Shown: positions 6,223 through 6,262 of the stretch, piece by piece
How the letters are laid out: every line of letters starts with the position of its first letter
Position numbering within the stretch: the first letter of the stretch is position 1
The notes under the pieces: model-generated
Databases searched by the model: none
Seen by the model: the letters and a program-made list of their open reading frames with translations, nothing else
Told to the model about the DNA's origin: nothing
DNA from: Amoeboradix gromovi X-113
Lineage: Eukaryota > Fungi > Sanchytriomycota
Direction: 5' to 3'
Length of the DNA: 6,262 nt
Assembly: GCA_018985225.1 (NCBI GenBank)
Contig: JADGIF010000595.1
Location: 1-6,262, forward strand
Translations under genes and position numbers: made by a program

Positions 6223-6262
6223 ATTACTTTGTCAGTGATCCTTTGTTGCCAACCTGGTCTCT

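Noticed and set aside
6095-6262. Identification as U1, U4 or U5 snRNA (fragments GATCAC, ATTGC, GCTTTTTAC on minus; GTTGAAAT on plus)
   Set aside because: The motifs are short or imperfect and not in the required stem-loop context. There is no ACTTACCTG in the window and no exact U5 loop GCCTTTTAC.

Overview
AT-rich, very gene-dense eukaryotic DNA, most consistent with a fungus or fungal relative with a compact genome (inference). It uses the standard genetic code: TAG and TAA end the conserved proteins at their expected C-termini. Four protein genes are supported. (1) A Cat2-type carnitine O-acetyltransferase ending in peroxisomal SKL. The ORF track splits it in two, but a 20-nt GT-AG intron (1968-1987) rejoins it. 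(2) A divergent class I SAM-dependent methyltransferase-like protein starting only 42 nt downstream. (3) A complete eukaryotic two-domain methylenetetrahydrofolate reductase (MET13-like). (4) A convergent, minus-strand, Cys-rich single-pass membrane protein of unknown family. The best-supported oddity is the ultra-short intron. More speculative signals are a chain of three uORFs linked to MTHFR by consecutive ATGA stop/start overlaps, interlocking helices in the same leader, and a nested stem-loop region at 6068-6222. Bases 1-539 could not be assigned. No rRNA, tRNA, CRISPR array or mobile element was recognised.
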